64,000 bases of DNA from Nitrospira sp. (GTDB lineage: Bacteria > Nitrospirota > Nitrospiria > Nitrospirales > Nitrospiraceae): contig VOPR01000010.1 of assembly GCA_009594995.1 (NCBI GenBank), positions 31,062 to 95,061 of the forward strand. The letters are read 5' to 3'. Positions 18,015-29,446 of the stretch are shown one piece after another. Positions within the stretch are counted from its first letter, which is position 1. Each line of letters starts with the position of its first letter. The notes below the pieces were generated by a model. That model saw only the letters and a program-made list of their open reading frames with translations, ran no database searches and was not told the DNA's origin. The position numbers and the translations under genes are program-made.

Positions 18015-19420
18015 TGCATGTCATTGTTGTTGGGTTGAGCCACAAGACTGCTCCGGTCGAGATTCGCGAGAAGCTCGCCGTTCCCGAAAGCCGTCTCCGA
18101 GAGGCGCTCAGTCGTCTCTGCACCTATCCCGGCGTACGCGAGGGGCTGCTGCTTTCCACGTGTAACCGTGTCGAAGTGTACGCCGTCGTTGAAGAGTTGG
18201 AAAGCGGGTACGGGCGCGTGCAGGAATTTCTGGCTGATACGCATCTCTCTCTCTCCTCCGAACATCTGACCCCGCACCTCTATTGGCACGCCGGCGACCG
18301 TGCGATCGGACATCTCTTTCGTGTGGCATCCAGCCTCGACTCCATGATCGTCGGCGAATCGCAAATTCTCGGACAGATCAAAGATGCGTTTGAAGTTGCG
18401 CTGACGCACAAGGCTTCGGGGTTGTTGCTCAATAAGATCGTCAAGAAAGCCATTTCGGTCGCCAAACGGGTGCGCACCGAAACCAAAATTGCGGAGACTG
18501 CGGTGTCCGTAAGTTACGCAGCCGTGGAATTGGCCAAGAAGATTTTCTCGAACCTGAACGAAAAGACCGTACTTCTGATCGGAGCCGGGGAGATGGCGAA
18601 GCTGGCAGCGCGTCACCTGATCGCCAACGGAGTACGTCAGGTCCGAATCACCACCCGCAATTTTCAGCATGGGTTGGAGCTGGCTCAAAAGTTTAACGGT
18701 ACCGCTGTGCCGTTTGAGGATTATAAGACGGAACTGGCCGGGGCGGATATTGTGCTCGTCTCCACCGGGGCCTCGCACTATCTGGTCACGGCCGACGATG
18801 TGCAGCGGGCGATGAGACAGCGGATGAGTCGTCCCATGTTTTTGATCGATATTTCCGTACCCCGAAACATCGACCCTGCGGTTCGCCCGATTGATGACGC
18901 GTTCCTTTTTGACATCGATGACTTGCACATGCGGGTAGAACAAAACCGGGAAGATCGGTTGCGCGAAGCGGCGAAAGCCGAGCAGATGGTGGTGGAAGAA
19001 GTTGCCGTGCTCGGGCAGTGGCTGCAGTCGCTGGAAGTGACACCGACTATTGTGGCATTGCGCGGTCGGACGGAAGAAATCAAGCGGCGCGAGGTCGACA
19101 AGGTATTGGCCCGGTTGGCGCATCTGTCTACAGAGGATCGGGCCGCCGTGGAAGCACTGGCCTCAGCCATTGTGAATAAGATGGTGCATGGCACGATGGT
19201 GACGCTGAAAGCCGAGGCGAACTCTTCCGGCGGTGCGGCGTATGTCGATGCGGCTCGCCGGTTCTTCAGCCTTGAGGAAACACCGGCTGCATACCCGGCT
19301 GCGCCGGTTGACGCCCAAGAAGCATCGGAGGAGAGTGGCGCCGGCAACGGAACCAATCGCTTTGCCGAGGAGTCATTGGTACAGCATACAACGAAGGAGC
19401 AAAGCCGGCGGGTCAGCTAG
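18014..19420 (+). CDS. hemA: Glutamyl-tRNA reductase
   Basis: GLSHKTAPVEIRE, LSTCNRVE, SLDSMIVGESQILGQ, GAGEMA, DISVPRNI; ATG overlaps the ccsA stop (TGATG). Confidence 0.98.
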   Translation: MHVIVVGLSHKTAPVEIREKLAVPESRLREALSRLCTYPGVREGLLLSTCNRVEVYAVVEELESGYGRVQEFLADTHLSLSSEHLTPHLYWHAGDRAIGHLFRVASSLDSMIVGESQILGQIKDAFEVALTHKASGLLLNKIVKKAISVAKRVRTETKIAETAVSVSYAAVELAKKIFSNLNEKTVLLIGAGEMAKLAARHLIANGVRQVRITTRNFQHGLELAQKFNGTAVPFEDYKTELAGADIVLVSTGASHYLVTADDVQRAMRQRMSRPMFLIDISVPRNIDPAVRPIDDAFLFDIDDLHMRVEQNREDRLREAAKAEQMVVEEVAVLGQWLQSLEVTPTIVALRGRTEEIKRREVDKVLARLAHLSTEDRAAVEALASAIVNKMVHGTMVTLKAEANSSGGAAYVDAARRFFSLEETPAAYPAAPVDAQEASEESGAGNGTNRFAEESLVQHTTKEQSRRVS

Positions 19421-19508
19421 GAGGAGTCGCCGGACACAACCGCATGAGCAGATTATTCCCTACAGGTGCCCGGTCATTCGGGGGCCAGCGATCAGGTCGT
19501 GATTCCCG

Positions 19509-20441
19509 ATGAGTCGCTCGACGCTTATTCTCGGGACGCGTGGCAGCAAGTTGGCCGTGCATCAGAGTCAGTGGGTTCAGGCGCGTCTGCAGGAGTTGTC
19601 GCCCGGTCTTTCCATCACCCTGAAACGCATCCAGACTTCCGGTGACAAGATTCTCGATGTTCCGTTGGCGAAAATCGGCGGAAAGGGGTTGTTCGTCAAA
19701 GAAATCGAGGATGCGCTCCTGAGCAAAGAGATCGACCTGGCCGTCCACAGTATGAAGGATGTTCCGACGGCCTTACCCGACGGGTTGGACATTCTCTGCG
19801 TGCCTCCCCGCGAAGATCCACGCGATGCCTTAATTACCCGAGACGGCTGCCGGTTAGACCAGCTGAAGAAGGGCGCTCGCATTGGTACCAGTAGTTTGCG
19901 GCGCCAATCCCAATTGCTGCATCACCGTCCCGACTTTGTCATCGAGATGCTCCGCGGCAATCTGGACACGCGACTGAGGAAATTGCGCGAGGGCCAGTTC
20001 GACGCCATCGTGCTTGCCGCGGCAGGGTTGAGACGTCTCGGCTGGGATGCAGAGATTACGGAATATCTTCCGGTGCATCTTAGTCTGCCCGCTATTGCCC
20101 AGGGGGCGCTGGGCATTGAGGCGCGTCGTGACGATGCCTTCGTGCGGGAGTTATTGGGGCGATTTGAGCATCATCCGACCCGCACCACCGTGACGGCGGA
20201 GCGCGCATTGCTGCATCGCCTTGAAGGGGGATGCCAGGTTCCCATCGCCGCCCATGCGGTCCTTGATGGCGAGACCCTCACCCTGGAGGGACTCGTTGCC
20301 AGTGTCGACGGCCGGCGCGTCATCCGCCATCAGATCCAAGGTCGGGCGACCGAAGCCCACCAGCTTGGAACCACCCTCGCGGAACGTCTGCTGACGGACG
20401 GTGGCGATGTGATTTTGAAGGAAATCTACGGGCGGGCGTGA
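19509..20441 (+). CDS. hemC: Porphobilinogen deaminase
   Basis: GTRGSKLA, GGKGLFVKE, AVHSMKDVP, GTSSLRR, GGCQVP. Confidence 0.98.
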   Translation: MSRSTLILGTRGSKLAVHQSQWVQARLQELSPGLSITLKRIQTSGDKILDVPLAKIGGKGLFVKEIEDALLSKEIDLAVHSMKDVPTALPDGLDILCVPPREDPRDALITRDGCRLDQLKKGARIGTSSLRRQSQLLHHRPDFVIEMLRGNLDTRLRKLREGQFDAIVLAAAGLRRLGWDAEITEYLPVHLSLPAIAQGALGIEARRDDAFVRELLGRFEHHPTRTTVTAERALLHRLEGGCQVPIAAHAVLDGETLTLEGLVASVDGRRVIRHQIQGRATEAHQLGTTLAERLLTDGGDVILKEIYGRA

Positions 20442-22012
20442 TGGTGATGACAACGCGCAGAGGAACCGTCTACCTCGTCGGCGCCGGTCCCGGCGATCCG
20501 AAGCTGCTGACACTGCGTGGCAAGGAATGTCTGGAGCAGGCCGATGTGGTCTTGTACGACTACCTCGCGAATGAAGCGCTCTTGCAGCATGTGTCTCCCA
20601 GGGCTGAACGTCTCTATGTCGGGCGGCGCGGGCGCGGCCAGTATCGCGATCAGGCGGAGATCAATCGGTTGCTGATTGATCATGCCCAGGCGGGAAAACG
20701 TGTGGTCAGACTGAAGGGCGGCGATCCGTTCGTGTTCGGGCGGGGCGGGGAAGAGGCGGAAGCGGTGGCGGCCGCCGGCCTCGCATTTGAGGTCGTTCCC
20801 GGCGTGACTGCTGCCGTGGCGGCTCCTGCCTATGCGGGCATTCCCGTGACTCATCGTACAATGGCCTCGACCGTCACCTTCGTTACCGGCCACGAAGATC
20901 CCACGAAAGATCAAAGCAGCATCGAATGGACCCGGCTGGCGACGGTGCATGGCACGCTGGTGTTTCTCATGGGCATGACTAATCTGCCGAAAATCGTCCA
21001 ATGCCTTAGAGCTGAAGGCAAAGAGGGTACGACGCCGGTTGCGCTGATCCGGTGGGGGACGCGAGCTTCGCAACGAACCGTTGTGGGAAGCTTAGACGAT
21101 ATCGTGGAGAAGGCGGCGGCCGCTCATATGGAACCGCCCACGATCATCGTGGTCGGCGAAGTGGTGGGTCTCCGGGAGCAACTCAACTGGTTTGAGCGAC
21201 GGCCTCTGTTCGGGAAACGGATTCTGGTGACCAGGCCGAAGCCTCAAGCGGCGGAGTTTTCTGACTTGATTGCGGCCCAAGGCGGGGAGCCGGTGGAATG
21301 TCCGACCATCGAGATCGTGCCGCCCGAAGACTGGGCCCCGCTGGATCGTGCCCTGGCTCGTCTGTCGACCTACAATTGGTTGATCTTCACCAGTGTGAAC
21401 GGGGTCGCTCCATTCATGACCAGACTGTTGGAGACGCAACGTGACGTGCGTGTCTTGTCCGGCCTCACCATTTGTTGCATCGGACCGCGCACCGCTGAGG
21501 CGTTGGCCGCCTATGGCTTACGTGCCGACGTGATTCCGGAGCAGTTTCAAGCCGAGGGCATTCTGGAAGTGTTGGCAGCCCGGCAGTTGCGCGGGGCTCG
21601 GGTGTTGATTCCACGTGCGTTGGTAGCCCGGGAGCTGCTTCCGGATCAGCTACGGACCCAGGGGGCGGAGGTGGACGTGGTGCCTGTCTATCGCACAATC
21701 CGGCCTGCAGTCGCGACGGATCGCCTCATGGAACAACTCCGTACCGGCGGGATCGACGTGATTTCCTTCACGAGTTCGTCGACCGTGAGAAATTTCGTCG
21801 AGTTGTTTCCGACGAAGGACGAGTTGTTGCGGTTGGTCGGGAAAACGACTGTGGCCTGCATTGGACCTATTACTGCGGCGACCGCCCGTGAGGCGGGTCT
21901 CACCGTTCAGGTGATGGCCGGACAGAATACCGTTCCGGCGCTTGCCGCTGCCATCGTGGATTTCGTTGTGAATCCGATTGATGGCCGAACCGCTTCCGCG
22001 GTGAGTCATTGA
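20438..22012 (+). CDS. cobA: Uroporphyrinogen-III methyltransferase/synthase fusion (CobA-HemD)
   Basis: GAGPGDP, RLKGGDPFVFGRGGEE, followed by a HemD domain (VTRP, FTSVNGV, FTSSSTV, CIGP.TA). Confidence 0.95.
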   Translation: MMVMTTRRGTVYLVGAGPGDPKLLTLRGKECLEQADVVLYDYLANEALLQHVSPRAERLYVGRRGRGQYRDQAEINRLLIDHAQAGKRVVRLKGGDPFVFGRGGEEAEAVAAAGLAFEVVPGVTAAVAAPAYAGIPVTHRTMASTVTFVTGHEDPTKDQSSIEWTRLATVHGTLVFLMGMTNLPKIVQCLRAEGKEGTTPVALIRWGTRASQRTVVGSLDDIVEKAAAAHMEPPTIIVVGEVVGLREQLNWFERRPLFGKRILVTRPKPQAAEFSDLIAAQGGEPVECPTIEIVPPEDWAPLDRALARLSTYNWLIFTSVNGVAPFMTRLLETQRDVRVLSGLTICCIGPRTAEALAAYGLRADVIPEQFQAEGILEVLAARQLRGARVLIPRALVARELLPDQLRTQGAEVDVVPVYRTIRPAVATDRLMEQLRTGGIDVISFTSSSTVRNFVELFPTKDELLRLVGKTTVACIGPITAATAREAGLTVQVMAGQNTVPALAAAIVDFVVNPIDGRTASAVSH

Positions 22013-22062
22013 CCGGATGGCAGTAATCGTGAAGATGTTTCTTACCAAGAGGGAGGTTTCTG

Positions 22063-22455
22063 ATGGTTCCTGTTAAGTCATTCATGGTTCCGAAGGACAA
22101 GTTCATCACCGTCGAGCGCGATGTGGATGTGCGCACCGCAGGTCGCGTCATGCGCGATCGCAACATCGGCAGCCTGTTCGTGACGAACGGGAAAGATGTC
22201 ATCGGCATTATCACGGACACCGATATGGTCCGGCGGGTAGTGGCCACGGGGGCGGACATGACGAAGACGACCGTTGAGCAGATCATGTCGGCGCCTCTCG
22301 TGACGATCGAAGAACATAAGACGCTGCTGGATGCGAACGACCTGATGGCGCAGACCCATCTCCGTCACTTGGGCGTGACGAAAGACGGACAGTTGGTCGG
22401 CATGATTTCGGTGCGTGACCTGGTAGTCTTTCTGACGAATTTACCGAGGAAATGA
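22063..22455 (+). CDS. Tandem CBS-domain protein
   Basis: M...NIGSL.V...IGIITDTD...IMS.P...RHL.V...LVGMISVRD. Confidence 0.9.
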   Translation: MVPVKSFMVPKDKFITVERDVDVRTAGRVMRDRNIGSLFVTNGKDVIGIITDTDMVRRVVATGADMTKTTVEQIMSAPLVTIEEHKTLLDANDLMAQTHLRHLGVTKDGQLVGMISVRDLVVFLTNLPRK

Positions 22456-22462
22456 GCGGACC

Positions 22463-23446
22463 ATGGCATTTCCGATTCAGCGCCTGCGTCGTCTGCGGGA
22501 AAGTGAGTCGCTCCGGCGCATGGTTCGTGAAACGAGCCTGACGCCGAACGACTTCATTTACCCAGCGTTTGTCACGGAGGGCCAAGGCCGCCGCGAACCC
22601 ATTGCCTCGATGCCCGGGCAGTCCCGAGTATCCATCGACCTGCTGGTGCAGGAAGCGCGTGAGGTGAAAGCGCTGGGCATTCCGGCGATGATTCTGTTCG
22701 GAATTCCCGATCGAAAAGACGAACGCGGCAGTTCGGGATTCGATCCCGATGGGGTCGTGCAGCGCGCAATCCGTACGCTCAAGGCGCAGGTTCCGGATCT
22801 GGTCCTGATTACCGATGTCTGCATCGATGAGTATACCAGCCATGGTCATTGCGGCATCGTGCGGGACGGCAAAATTCTCAACGACGAGACGCTGGATTGT
22901 TTGCGGACCATGGCCAAGACGCATGCGGAGGCGGGGGCCGACATGGTCGCACCGTCCGATATGATGGATGGCCGCGTGGCTGCGATTCGTGATGAGTTGG
23001 ATCGAGCCGGATTTGTCGATATTCCCATCATGGCCTATGCCGCGAAATTCGCCTCATGTTTTTATGCGCCCTTTCGTGATGCCGCCAACTCCACCCCGCA
23101 ATTCGGCGATCGCCAGTCCTATCAGATGGACCCGGCCAACAAGCGCGAAGCTTTGCGGGAGATCGACCTGGATATCGAGGAGGGGGCCGACATCATCATG
23201 GTGAAACCGGCCATGCCCTATCTCGATGTCATCAGCGCGGCGCGTGAACGGACGCTCTTGCCTATCGCTGCGTACCAGGTGAGCGGCGAGTACAGCATGA
23301 TCAAAGCAGCCGCGCAGGCGGGATGGTTGGATGAGCGTCGTGCCATGATGGAGTCGCTGCTGTCCATCAAGCGGGCCGGCGCCGAGATAATTCTGACCTA
23401 TTTTGCCAAAGAAGCCGCCGCGCTGCTTCAGTCACGGCACGCATGA
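22463..23446 (+). CDS. hemB: Delta-aminolevulinate dehydratase
   Basis: [35 protein letters not shown]. Confidence 0.98.
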   Translation: MAFPIQRLRRLRESESLRRMVRETSLTPNDFIYPAFVTEGQGRREPIASMPGQSRVSIDLLVQEAREVKALGIPAMILFGIPDRKDERGSSGFDPDGVVQRAIRTLKAQVPDLVLITDVCIDEYTSHGHCGIVRDGKILNDETLDCLRTMAKTHAEAGADMVAPSDMMDGRVAAIRDELDRAGFVDIPIMAYAAKFASCFYAPFRDAANSTPQFGDRQSYQMDPANKREALREIDLDIEEGADIIMVKPAMPYLDVISAARERTLLPIAAYQVSGEYSMIKAAAQAGWLDERRAMMESLLSIKRAGAEIILTYFAKEAAALLQSRHA

Positions 23447-24414
23447 AGATTTCTCGCGGACTCACCCCCTCTATCACCAGGCCCTATTCAGTTGTCACCA
23501 TCGGCAATTTTGATGGTCACCACCATGGCCATCGGGCTCTCTTGGATCGGGTGGTAGAGACCGCTCGCCGTGAGGCCGGTACAGCGATAGTCCTGACATT
23601 CGATCCGCATCCGGTCAAGATTCTGGCCCCCCAGGTCAATCTTATGTTTCTCACGACGCCGGAAGAGAAGCTGGCCCGTTTCGAAGCCGCCGGCATCGAC
23701 GAAGTGGTCTTTCTCGAGTTTACGACGGCGTTTGCCGCGTTAAGTCCCGCGCAGTTCGCAAAACAGGTGCTGTGTGACGGGATCGGCACGCGGGAGCTAT
23801 TTGTCGGAGAGCATTTTGCATTTGGAAAAGGCCGTGCCGGTCGGATCACAGATCTGCTTGAACTCGGGGCCCAGCTCGGGTTTCGCGTCCATCCCACGCC
23901 GCCGGTGACCATTGAAAGTGAGGTCGTGAGCTCGACGCGAATCCGTCAGATGATTCAAGCGGGTGAGCTACAGAAAGCCATCCGGTTTCTCGGGAGGCCG
24001 TATGGCATCGAGGGGACGGTCATCGCCGGCGCTCATCGCGGGACAGAACTTGGTTGGCCGACCGCGAATCTCCGCCTGCCCGAGGGGCGGGTCATTCCGC
24101 CGGACGGGGTCTATGCCGCCCGAGCGATATGGAAGGGGCGCAGCCTGGACTCCGTCGTGTACATCGGAACTAGGCCCACGTTCGGGGCGGGAGAGCGGTT
24201 ACTCGAAGTCTCGATCCTGGACGAACGTCTTGAATTGTACGGAGAGACAATTCGGGTCGAGTTACTGAGTTTTCTCCGTGAGGACCGGGTGTTTGCTTCG
24301 GCGGAGGCGTTGACCAGGCAGATTGCATTGGATGTGGATGCGGCGCGGGCGCATCTGCGCGAAGCCGCGGCACCGAGTCCCGTCCCGGTCTCGACGTCCC
24401 ATTCGCAGTCATGA
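23443..24414 (+). CDS. ribF: Riboflavin kinase/FAD synthetase
   Basis: GNFDG.H.GH, TFDPHP, SSTRIR, G.PTAN, G.RPTF. Confidence 0.96.
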   Translation: MKISRGLTPSITRPYSVVTIGNFDGHHHGHRALLDRVVETARREAGTAIVLTFDPHPVKILAPQVNLMFLTTPEEKLARFEAAGIDEVVFLEFTTAFAALSPAQFAKQVLCDGIGTRELFVGEHFAFGKGRAGRITDLLELGAQLGFRVHPTPPVTIESEVVSSTRIRQMIQAGELQKAIRFLGRPYGIEGTVIAGAHRGTELGWPTANLRLPEGRVIPPDGVYAARAIWKGRSLDSVVYIGTRPTFGAGERLLEVSILDERLELYGETIRVELLSFLREDRVFASAEALTRQIALDVDAARAHLREAAAPSPVPVSTSHSQS

Positions 24415-24417
24415 GCG

Positions 24418-25905
24418 ATGAGAGGTTCTTCCACAGGTATTCATCCCCCGCTGTATAAGCAGGTCATTCAGGCAATTCGTGCGCGAAATCTCTTGAGTCC
24501 TGAACAGAGGATTCTCGTCGCGGTTTCCGGCGGGCCTGATTCGGTAGTGCTGCTCTCCCTTCTGCACAGCCTTGCGCCCGTATGGAATCTGTCGTTGACG
24601 GTGGTGCATGTCAACTACGGGCTGCGGGGAGCCGAATCAGACGGTGATGCTTCGTTTGTCGCCGCCCTCTGCCGTCGATTCACACTTCCTTGCCTCATCA
24701 GATCACTCGAAATTCCCCCGGCTGAAGCAGGGCGCTCACTGCAGGCGTGTGCGCGGGACCTTCGCTATCAGCTCTTCCGGGAGCTGGTCGATGAACTTGG
24801 AATGGATCGGGTGGCACTCGGGCACACCGCGGATGATCAAGCTGAGACCGTGTTGTTGCGCATGTTACGCGGGGCTGGTTTGCGCGGCTTGACCGGCATG
24901 CCGCATATTCGCGAAGGCCTCTTTGTGCGACCGCTTCTGGGCGTGACGCGGCGCGAGATCCTGGCCTATCTGGAAACGATGGAATTGTCCTATCGGACCG
25001 ACTCGAGCAATGCAAAACCTATCTATCTTCGCAATCGTGTGCGGCACGAACTGCTTCCGGTGATGCAGTCGCTGGCACCGTCTACGATCAAGCTGCTGGC
25101 GCGCCAGGCTGATATTCTGCGCGAGGATGACCGGCTATTAGACCGGTTGGCAGCGCAACGTCTGGTGCGATCCATACAGAGCCGCGACGTGAACGGGATC
25201 GTCCTTGATCGGGCGACCTTGCTCGCGCAACCGGTGGCCTTGCAACGACGGATGCTGAGGCAGGCAATGCAGGCGTTGTCGCCGTCAGCCCGCGGGTTGC
25301 GCGGAGATATGGTGTTCTCGATCCTGTCCTCCCTGGCGAGCAGACGGTCAGGCGGATCGTGGAATGCCGGTTCCTTAGTCGTGACCTGTGAGCAGGGCGA
25401 AGTGCGGATAACCATGGCTTCGTCCCGCCGCGTGGCGCCAGAGGATGCTCAAGACGTGGCAATCTCATCTCCGGCGCGCGCAGCCGATGTCGTCACGGTG
25501 TTAGCGCTGCCGGCGACTCTCTCCTGGCCGGTGTCCGGGGGGCGGATCCGCATCCGTGCTGTGACACGTGAGCGCGGGTTGGCCCTTTTGGGAAAGCCGT
25601 CCCCAACGCTCGCCCTGTTTGATGCCGAGCAGCTCACATTTCCGTTGACGATTCGATCCTGGCGGCCAGGGGATTGGTTTTTTCCCGTCGGCATGACCGG
25701 TCGACGAAAGAAATTGCAAGATTACTTCACAGATGCAAAACTGGGTCGGTCTGTGCGAGAACACATACCGCTGCTGCTCTCGCAAGAGCGCATGGCCTGG
25801 ATCGTCGGGCAGCGGATCGATGCCCGGTTTGCAGCCACCGATTCAACGACTAGGTTTATCCTGGCCAGTGTGACGCATGCTCTGCGCCGGAAAGGAGTCT
25901 TCTAG
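24418..25905 (+). CDS. tilS: tRNA(Ile)-lysidine synthetase
   Basis: AVSGGPDS, GH.ADDQAET, RPLL, D.SN....RNRVR, C-terminal KKLQD.F.D.K. Confidence 0.96.
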   Translation: MRGSSTGIHPPLYKQVIQAIRARNLLSPEQRILVAVSGGPDSVVLLSLLHSLAPVWNLSLTVVHVNYGLRGAESDGDASFVAALCRRFTLPCLIRSLEIPPAEAGRSLQACARDLRYQLFRELVDELGMDRVALGHTADDQAETVLLRMLRGAGLRGLTGMPHIREGLFVRPLLGVTRREILAYLETMELSYRTDSSNAKPIYLRNRVRHELLPVMQSLAPSTIKLLARQADILREDDRLLDRLAAQRLVRSIQSRDVNGIVLDRATLLAQPVALQRRMLRQAMQALSPSARGLRGDMVFSILSSLASRRSGGSWNAGSLVVTCEQGEVRITMASSRRVAPEDAQDVAISSPARAADVVTVLALPATLSWPVSGGRIRIRAVTRERGLALLGKPSPTLALFDAEQLTFPLTIRSWRPGDWFFPVGMTGRRKKLQDYFTDAKLGRSVREHIPLLLSQERMAWIVGQRIDARFAATDSTTRFILASVTHALRRKGVF

Positions 25906-25907
25906 GA

Positions 25908-26459
25908 ATGGAACGCATTTTTGGTCGCCCCATCGTGACGCAGGAACAGATGCGGACTCGAATCCGCGAACTTGGCCGGCAGATTGCGTCCGATTATGCT
26001 GGAAAAGAGTTGGTGCTGGTAGGGGTGCTCAAAGGAGCGTATGCCTTTTACGCCGACCTGGCGCGCGCCATCCGGATTCCGATGCGTGTGGAATTTATCG
26101 TCGTGACGAGTTATGGAACCGGCAAGAAAAGCTCCGGTAAGGTGAAATTGATATCGGATTTAACGGAGCCCATTGCCGGCAAGGATGTGTTGCTGGTGGA
26201 GGACATCGTCGATTCTGGCCTCACGGTTCAGTATCTCATCAAGACGTTGTCACGCAGAAAGCCCCGATCCCTGAAAGTGTGCACGCTCCTGAGCAAACCG
26301 GAGCGTCGGCAAGTCGAGGTGGATCTCGAATATGTGGGTTTTAAGATCCCGAACAAGTTTGTGGTCGGTTATGGGCTTGATTACCGGCAGGAGTATCGCA
26401 ACCTGCCGTACCTCGCAGCCCTTGATCAAGGAGAAGAAGGGGAGCAGGAGTCTGCATGA
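25908..26459 (+). CDS. hpt: Hypoxanthine phosphoribosyltransferase
   Basis: VLKGA, LLVEDIVDSG.T, FVVGYGLDY...YRNLPY. Confidence 0.97.
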   Translation: MERIFGRPIVTQEQMRTRIRELGRQIASDYAGKELVLVGVLKGAYAFYADLARAIRIPMRVEFIVVTSYGTGKKSSGKVKLISDLTEPIAGKDVLLVEDIVDSGLTVQYLIKTLSRRKPRSLKVCTLLSKPERRQVEVDLEYVGFKIPNKFVVGYGLDYRQEYRNLPYLAALDQGEEGEQESA

Positions 26460-26547
26460 AAGGTTGTTCCCTTTGCGGAACCTATGGTAACATTCTGCAG
26501 GGTTAGCTAATTTTTCGGTCTGCCTAATATCCTCAAAGGAGAGGTGG

Positions 26548-28362
26548 ATGAATTCACGGGTAAAGAATTTATTGTTCTGGGTCGTGGTCGGCCTGTTCAT
26601 GATTTTGCTGTTCAATTTGTTTAGCGTGCCGACCCATGCGCCGGAAGATGAAGTCATATTCAGCGATTTCATGGCCAAGCTCGACAAGGGCGAGATCATG
26701 AAAGTCACGATCAAAGCCAACCACATCAGCGCCATCCTCAAAGACCAGAGCCGCATTCGGACCTATACGGCCGAATATCCGGAATTGGTGAAGCATTTGC
26801 GCGAGAAAGATGTGCAGATTGAAGCCAGACCGCCTGATGAGAGTCCCTGGTACATCACGTTTTTGGTGACGTGGGGACCGTTTATCCTGTTCCTGGGTCT
26901 GTGGTTCTTCCTCATGCGCCAGATGCAGATCGGCGGCAACAAAGCGTTGTCGTTCGGAAAAAGCCGCGCCCGCATGTTGACCGAAGAGCGGAAAAAGGTG
27001 ACCTTCTCTGATGTTGCCGGTATCGAAGAGGCTAAGGAAGAAGTTCTCGAGATCATTGAGTTTTTGAAAGATCCGCGCAAGTTCCAGAAGCTGGGTGGCC
27101 GTATCCCTAAAGGCGTGCTAATTGTCGGGCCTCCCGGAACCGGAAAGACGCTGCTGGCCAAAGCTATTGCCGGTGAGGCCGGTGTGCCGTTCTTCAGCAT
27201 CAGCGGTTCGGATTTCGTCGAAATGTTCGTCGGGGTCGGCGCATCTCGTGTGCGAGATCTCTTTGAGCAGGGGAAAAAGCATGCTCCCTGTATCATTTTC
27301 ATCGACGAAATCGATGCAGTCGGTCGTTTGCGCGGCGCTGGTCTTGGCGGGGGCCATGATGAGCGTGAGCAAACCCTGAACCAATTGCTCGTAGAGATGG
27401 ACGGGTTTGATACGACTGAAGGGGTCATTCTGATTGCCGCCACCAACCGTCCTGACGTGTTGGATCCGGCCCTGTTGCGACCGGGTCGTTTCGATCGTCA
27501 GGTGGTCGTGAACCGTCCGGATTTGCGTGGCCGTTCGGAAATCCTGAAAGTACACACCAAGAAAGTGCCCCTTTCCACGGACGTCGAACTCGAGAAGATC
27601 GCTCGGGGAACGCCCGGGTTTTCCGGTGCCGACCTTGAAAATCTTGTCAACGAAGCGGCCCTGTGGGCGGCTCGCCTGAACAAGAAAGAGGTCGAACTGA
27701 TCGACTTTGAAATGGCGAAAGATAAAGTGTTGATGGGCGCAGAGCGCAAGAGCATGGTGCTCACCGACGAAGAAAAGCGCACAACGGCCTACCATGAAGC
27801 CGGGCATGCGCTTATGGCGAAACTCCTGCCTGGAACGGATCCCGTGCACAAGGTCACCATCATTCCTCGCGGTCGAGCGCTTGGCGTGACGATGCAGCTT
27901 CCGACCGACGATCGCCACAATTATTCAAAGGACTTCCTCTACAACAATCTCGCCATTCTCATGGGCGGGCGAGTGGCTGAGGAGTTGGTGTTGCATGATG
28001 TGACGACCGGGGCCGGAAATGACCTGGAGCGCGCGACGGATCTCGCCAGAAAAATGGTGTGCGAATGGGGGATGAGTGAAAAGCTGGGTCCCTTGACCTT
28101 TGGCCGGAAGGAAGAGGAAATTTTCCTCGGCCGCGAGATCGGTTCCAAGCGCGATTTCAGTGAGCAGGTGGCTCTGGAAATCGATCATGAGGTCCGGCGT
28201 CTGGTCACCGAAAATTACGAGCGGGCCAAGCGGATCCTGACCGATAATATGACCAGTCTGAAGGCGCTCGCCGAAGCCTTGTTGGAAAAAGAAGTGCTGG
28301 ACGCATTAGAGATCGACCAGATCCTCATTCAGGGATCCTCTTCGCAGACGGTTCCCGCCTAA
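26548..28362 (+). CDS. ftsH: ATP-dependent zinc metalloprotease FtsH
   Basis: Two TM helices, [18 protein letters not shown] motif RPGRFDR, HEAGH. Confidence 0.99.
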   Translation: MNSRVKNLLFWVVVGLFMILLFNLFSVPTHAPEDEVIFSDFMAKLDKGEIMKVTIKANHISAILKDQSRIRTYTAEYPELVKHLREKDVQIEARPPDESPWYITFLVTWGPFILFLGLWFFLMRQMQIGGNKALSFGKSRARMLTEERKKVTFSDVAGIEEAKEEVLEIIEFLKDPRKFQKLGGRIPKGVLIVGPPGTGKTLLAKAIAGEAGVPFFSISGSDFVEMFVGVGASRVRDLFEQGKKHAPCIIFIDEIDAVGRLRGAGLGGGHDEREQTLNQLLVEMDGFDTTEGVILIAATNRPDVLDPALLRPGRFDRQVVVNRPDLRGRSEILKVHTKKVPLSTDVELEKIARGTPGFSGADLENLVNEAALWAARLNKKEVELIDFEMAKDKVLMGAERKSMVLTDEEKRTTAYHEAGHALMAKLLPGTDPVHKVTIIPRGRALGVTMQLPTDDRHNYSKDFLYNNLAILMGGRVAEELVLHDVTTGAGNDLERATDLARKMVCEWGMSEKLGPLTFGRKEEEIFLGREIGSKRDFSEQVALEIDHEVRRLVTENYERAKRILTDNMTSLKALAEALLEKEVLDALEIDQILIQGSSSQTVPA

Positions 28363-28376
28363 GCTGTATACTTCTG

Positions 28377-28414
28377 ACTTCGCAGGAGTGCCTGGTATGG
28401 TGCTCCTGCGAAGT
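28377..28414 (+). terminator. Strong hairpin after ftsH (terminator or mRNA-stability element)
   Basis: ACTTCGCAGGAG...CTCCTGCGAAGT; no clear U-tract. Confidence 0.55.
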
Positions 28415-28549
28415 AGGTTCCTCTTGTCAGTTCCACGTCAGGGGTTGGGAGACTTCTCCCGGGTCAGTCGTGTTACCCCAGGTCCCTTCCGTAGCTGACG
28501 CACGTCGTTTCAAAATGTTCAATTGCTCCAAGCATAAAAGGGACTTGCC

Positions 28550-29446
28550 TTGACCTTGACGAACCAGAGCTCCTCCCGCCCGGTTGTCCTCACGGCTGGT
28601 TCCACTCGCATCACGTTCGAATCGGGTCCGCTCCTCATGGGTGTTCTCAATGTCACCCCTGACTCGTTTTCGGATGGAGGTGCCTACCTCACGATTGAGC
28701 AGGCCGTCAATCACGCCAGACAGATGCAGGCCGAGGGCGCCGATATTATCGATATCGGGGCGGAATCTTCCCGGCCCGGCGCACGACCGATCGACGAGAC
28801 TGAGGAGTTGCGCCGGCTCATTCCTGTGGTGGAGGCGGTGAGGGCTACGGTCGCGCTTCCAATTTCAGTGGATACAACCAAAGCTGCGGTTGCCCGACGG
28901 GCCGTTCAGGCCGGCGCCGTTATCGTCAACGATATTCGTGCGTTACAGGGCGACTCCTTGATGGCAGGGCTGGTGGCTGAGACCGGTGTCGCGGTTGTGC
29001 TCATGCATATGCAGGGGACACCGCAGACTATGCAGGCGGCGCCACGATATAACAACGTGGTGGAAGAGATTGCGCAGTTTTTGCGGGAGCGGACGCAGTT
29101 TGCGATCGCGCAGGGGATCCGGCCAAGTCAAATCATCCTTGACCCAGGCTTCGGTTTTGGTAAGCTCCAAGAGCATAACCTTCAATTGCTTGCTGAGTTT
29201 GAGACCTTCGCGAAACTGGGCTATCCCCTGTTAGCCGGGGTCTCGCGGAAACAGTTTATCGGGAACCTGGTCCGGCAACCGGTTCAGGAACGGGGCTACG
29301 GTACGGCAGGGGCGATCGCAGTAGCCGTCCTGAAAGGCGCCCACATTATTCGTGTGCATGACGTTCGAGCCATGAAGGACACGGCAACGGTCGTGTCAGC
29401 CATTTCACGTCACGCGCGTTCTTCAGTAGAGGTATCCAATGCGTAA
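28550..29446 (+). CDS. folP: Dihydropteroate synthase
   Basis: [39 protein letters not shown]. Confidence 0.97.
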   Translation: MTLTNQSSSRPVVLTAGSTRITFESGPLLMGVLNVTPDSFSDGGAYLTIEQAVNHARQMQAEGADIIDIGAESSRPGARPIDETEELRRLIPVVEAVRATVALPISVDTTKAAVARRAVQAGAVIVNDIRALQGDSLMAGLVAETGVAVVLMHMQGTPQTMQAAPRYNNVVEEIAQFLRERTQFAIAQGIRPSQIILDPGFGFGKLQEHNLQLLAEFETFAKLGYPLLAGVSRKQFIGNLVRQPVQERGYGTAGAIAVAVLKGAHIIRVHDVRAMKDTATVVSAISRHARSSVEVSNA

